Source: Macrostomum lignano
Taxonomy: Eukaryota
Assembly: GCA_002269645.1 (NCBI GenBank)
Contig: NIVC01001111.1
Coordinates: 1-64,000 of the forward strand
DNA length: 64,000 nt
Reading direction: 5' to 3'
Shown here: piece by piece, positions 60,969 through 64,000 of the stretch
How positions within the stretch are numbered: the first letter of the stretch is position 1
How the letters are laid out: the number at the start of each line of letters is the position of its first letter
The notes under the pieces: model-generated
What the model was told of the DNA's origin: nothing
The model's input: the letters and a program-made list of their open reading frames with translations, nothing else
The model's database searches: none
Program-made: the position numbers and the translations under genes

Positions 60969-62245
60969 TTTTTGCGACTTACCTAATCCTTTTTGCGACT
61001 TACCTAATCCTTTTGCGACTTACCTAATCCTTTTTGCGACTTACCTAATCCTTTTGCGACTTACCTAATCCTTTTTGCGACTTACCTAACCCTTTTGCGA
61101 CTTACCTAATCCTTTTTGCGACTTACTTAATCCTTTTTGCGACTTACCTAATCCTTTTGCGACTTACCTAACCCTTTTGCGACTTACCTAATCCTTTTGC
61201 GACTTACCTAATCCTTTTTGCGACTTACCTAATCCTTTTTGCGACTTACCTAACCCTTTTGCGACTTACCTAATCCTTTTTGCGACTTACCTAATCCTTT
61301 TGCGACTTACCTAATCCTTTTTGCGACTTACCTAATCCTTTTTGCGACTTACCTAATCCTTTTGCGACTTACCTAATCCTTTTTGCGACTTACCTAATCC
61401 TTTTTGCGACTTACCTAACCCTTTTGCGACTTACCTAATCCTTTTTGCGACTTACTTAATCCTTTTTGCGACTTACCTAATCCTTTTGCGACTTACCTAA
61501 CCCTTTTGCGACTTACCTAATCCTTTTTGCGACTTACCTAATCCTTTTTGCGACTTACCTAATCCTTTTGCGACTTACCTAATCCTTTTGCGACTTACCT
61601 AATCCTTTTTGCGACTTACCTAATCCTTTTTGCGACTTACCTAACCCTTTTGCGACTTACCTAATCCTTTTTGCGACTTACCTAATCCTTTTGCGACTTA
61701 CCTAATCCTTTTGCGACTTACCTAATCCTTTTGCGACTTACCTAATCCTTTTTGCGACTTACCTAATCCTTTTTGCGACTTACCTAACCCTTTTGCGACT
61801 TACCTAATCCTTTTTGCGACTTACTTAATCCTTTTTGCGACTTACCTAACCCTTTTGCGACTTACCTAATCCTTTTGCGACTTACCTAATCCTTTTTGCG
61901 ACTTACCTAATCCTTTTTGCGACTTACCTAATCCTTTTTGCGACTTACCTAATCCTTTTTGCGACTTACCTAATCCTTTTTGCAACTTACTTAATCCTTT
62001 TTGCAACTTACCTAACCCTTTTGCGACTTACCTAATCCTTTTTGCGACTTACCTAATCCTTTTTGCGACTTACCTAACCCTTTTGCGACTTACCTAATCC
62101 TTTTTGCGACTTACCTGATCCTTTTTGCGACTTACCTGATCCTTTTTTCGACTTACCTGATCCTTTTTGCGACTTACCTGATCCTTTTTGCGACTTAGTT
62201 TGCTTCTTTTGCGACTTACCTAATCCTTTTTGCGACTTACCTGAT
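60969..62245. repeat. Minisatellite, 20-21-bp unit (TTTTTGCGACTTACCTAATCC), about 60 copies; the minus strand reads TAG|GTAAGT
   Basis: Direct read. The unit contains the TGCGACTTA(CC) motif also found singly at about 58400, 58425 and 62384. Confidence 0.97.
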
Positions 62246-64000
62246 TATTTTTACAACTTAGCTTGCTTCTTTTGCGAATTGTTTTTATTTTGCTTCACCA
62301 TTTTCCCTGAACTGCTCTTTCTTTCGCTTTCCTCTTGCCTTTCTTGGTTCTTGTGTTTTTCGGTTTTTGGTTGACTCAATTTTGCGACTTACCCCTGGTC
62401 AGCCACGATTTACGGTGGCCGGATCGGCCAGGTCGGCCAGCAGTTGCGCATGTATGATAGTACAATACTACTAGACTTTTGAAAATGCCAATAAAATTTA
62501 TTTAATAGTTTAAACATAGATATTTATTATTAGTAGGCAACTTAGTAAGAACTTTAATAAAAGTTAAAAAAATGTTTTGTTGTTATTTTAATTTATATTA
62601 TAGATCTTACTTTTCCATTTCTAAATGTCCTCACTTTGTTTTGTTGTAAAAAGTTAATTTGTGTTTTATGCAAACTATTTTTTAAATGACTTTTTACAAT
62701 TTTTTTATAAATATAGCTAGCAATGCATTTTTTGATATGGGAAATTTATTAAAATAAAAATAAATGCAAAATAGCAATTGCAAAAAAATGTCTTTTCAAC
62801 TGTTAGTAGTTTGTCTTTTTCATCCTTTTTATGTCAAAAAATGGATTGCACATCAGGTCTATAAAATAAAAACAAATTCTGTTTGATTTGCTATACACTT
62901 GGCTAGAGAATATATCAAAGCAGGTGAGTGCTGGACTGTTTTATAATTTTTTGATATTTTCTATATCCAATATATTTCAACTAGATATTAGTTTGGAAAG
63001 TGCCCAATATATGTAAAGCTTCAAAACAACTTAATATTAAAAGAAAAATACTATATAAAAACAAAAAAAAACAAATTACAAACACTTAATATATTTTATT
63101 TAAATCTTTTAAAATAATAAAAGCTTCTTAAAATATATTCAGCTTTTTCTATATCCTTTTCTAAGTTCAAAGTATACCACATTTTGTAATTTTTCATTTT
63201 TGGGCTACTTGTTCAGTTTCAACCCATTTTGGCAAAGAAATTTTTAGCAAAAGTCAATAATGGAAAAAATAATTTTGCAGTGACCATTTTGTCTAAAGCT
63301 AGCCATTTTGGCAAAAGATTTGTTGAGATAAATCCAAGCTTTGGCAAAGAGTGAAAGTTTTTTATGTTTTAGAAAAAATCAAAATGAAAAAGATGAACTT
63401 TGTAATGACTGTTTTATAGTCAAATGTTTTTTATTCTGTGGTAATTTTTTATCATTTGATACATAAAATGTTGTGGCAGTCCACTGCTACCAACTTATTA
63501 ACATAATGCGGACTGCAGAGCTATGCCTAAATGCCTCTTACTGTTATATCTATGGCCCAAATAGATGGTCAAATTGAGAAGCCAGGCCAAACTTGAGGCC
63601 TGGCAAGTGGACTTTCTTTTCTCACTTGCACAGCCTTAGGTGAGCTGCTACAATATTGTTTTATTGGTGTCATTCTATTACGGCGGAATTTCAAAGTATT
63701 ATTTAGGAACTGGAGCAGTTCCAATCACACAAGATCACCACATCATCATTCCCAATCCATTGGTTACACTTTGAATATGCATAACATAGCTACCAACTAA
63801 GTTGTGAGTTTCTAAATTTACCAACTGCAAATATTTCCAAGGTAGTCAATGATCAAATAATTTATTAAAAGCTACAATCATCAAAGTGCTATATTTAAAA
63901 TTATAAGCAGCCTGTCTTTTTGCCAAAATGTATTATTTATCTATCATTTAAACTACAAATTCATTTTTGCAAAAGCATCTTTTGCGAAAATGGATTGTAC

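Larger units (their letters stand above)
58367..62456. mobile_element. Non-autonomous hAT-like element, 4090 bp, with nested insertions and an expanded subterminal repeat
   Basis: 15-bp TIR CATACATGCGCAACT / AGTTGCGCATGTATG with perfect 8-bp TSD ATAGTACA (58359-58366, 62457-62464). TGCGACTTA motifs near both ends. Confidence 0.88.

Noticed and set aside
60969-62245. Telomeric repeat (some units contain GGGTTAGG)
   Set aside because: There are no tandem hexamers; the motif is embedded in a 20-21-bp unit.
62393-62450. GHRKSWLTR plus a GTAAGT donor as RACK1 exon 1
   Set aside because: It only superficially resembles GHxxWVT, lacks the about 15 residues up to SR, and lies within the hAT subterminal region.

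Overview
Eukaryotic (metazoan) genomic DNA with GC-rich, Gln/Ala-rich exons, AT-rich intergenic DNA and GT-AG introns packed with mini- and microsatellites. The overall style is most consistent with a free-living flatworm such as Macrostomum; this is an inference, not a database result. I assembled seven host genes by hand, checking splice phases: MCM6 (minus, 3'-partial), an intronless R7-type RGS (minus), a 5-finger tandem-CWCH2 zinc-finger gene (minus), an N-myristoylation-motif ankyrin-repeat gene (plus), ELP4 (plus, 8 exons), a 918-aa neurotactin-like catalytically dead carboxylesterase (plus, 6 exons) and RACK1 (minus, exon 1 not in the window). There is also a small orphan 2-TM ORF. Mobile DNA includes an intact DD34D mariner, a decayed Penelope-like element, non-autonomous MULE, CMC/EnSpm, hAT and Harbinger elements with TIRs and TSDs, and tRNA-derived SINEs sharing a central domain. 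There is no CRISPR array, rRNA or true tRNA gene. Top leads: (1) ELP4 has no genomic in-frame ATG before its first acceptor and may take its Met from a flatworm spliced leader; (2) a 4.1-kb hAT element in the RACK1 intron-1 region carries about 60 tandem copies of a near-perfect 5' splice site (TAG/CAG|GTAAGT) in the RACK1 sense orientation; (3) the type II, Pro-rich pseudo-esterase; (4) hAT derivatives act as minisatellite vectors, and several introns are made almost entirely of tandem repeats.
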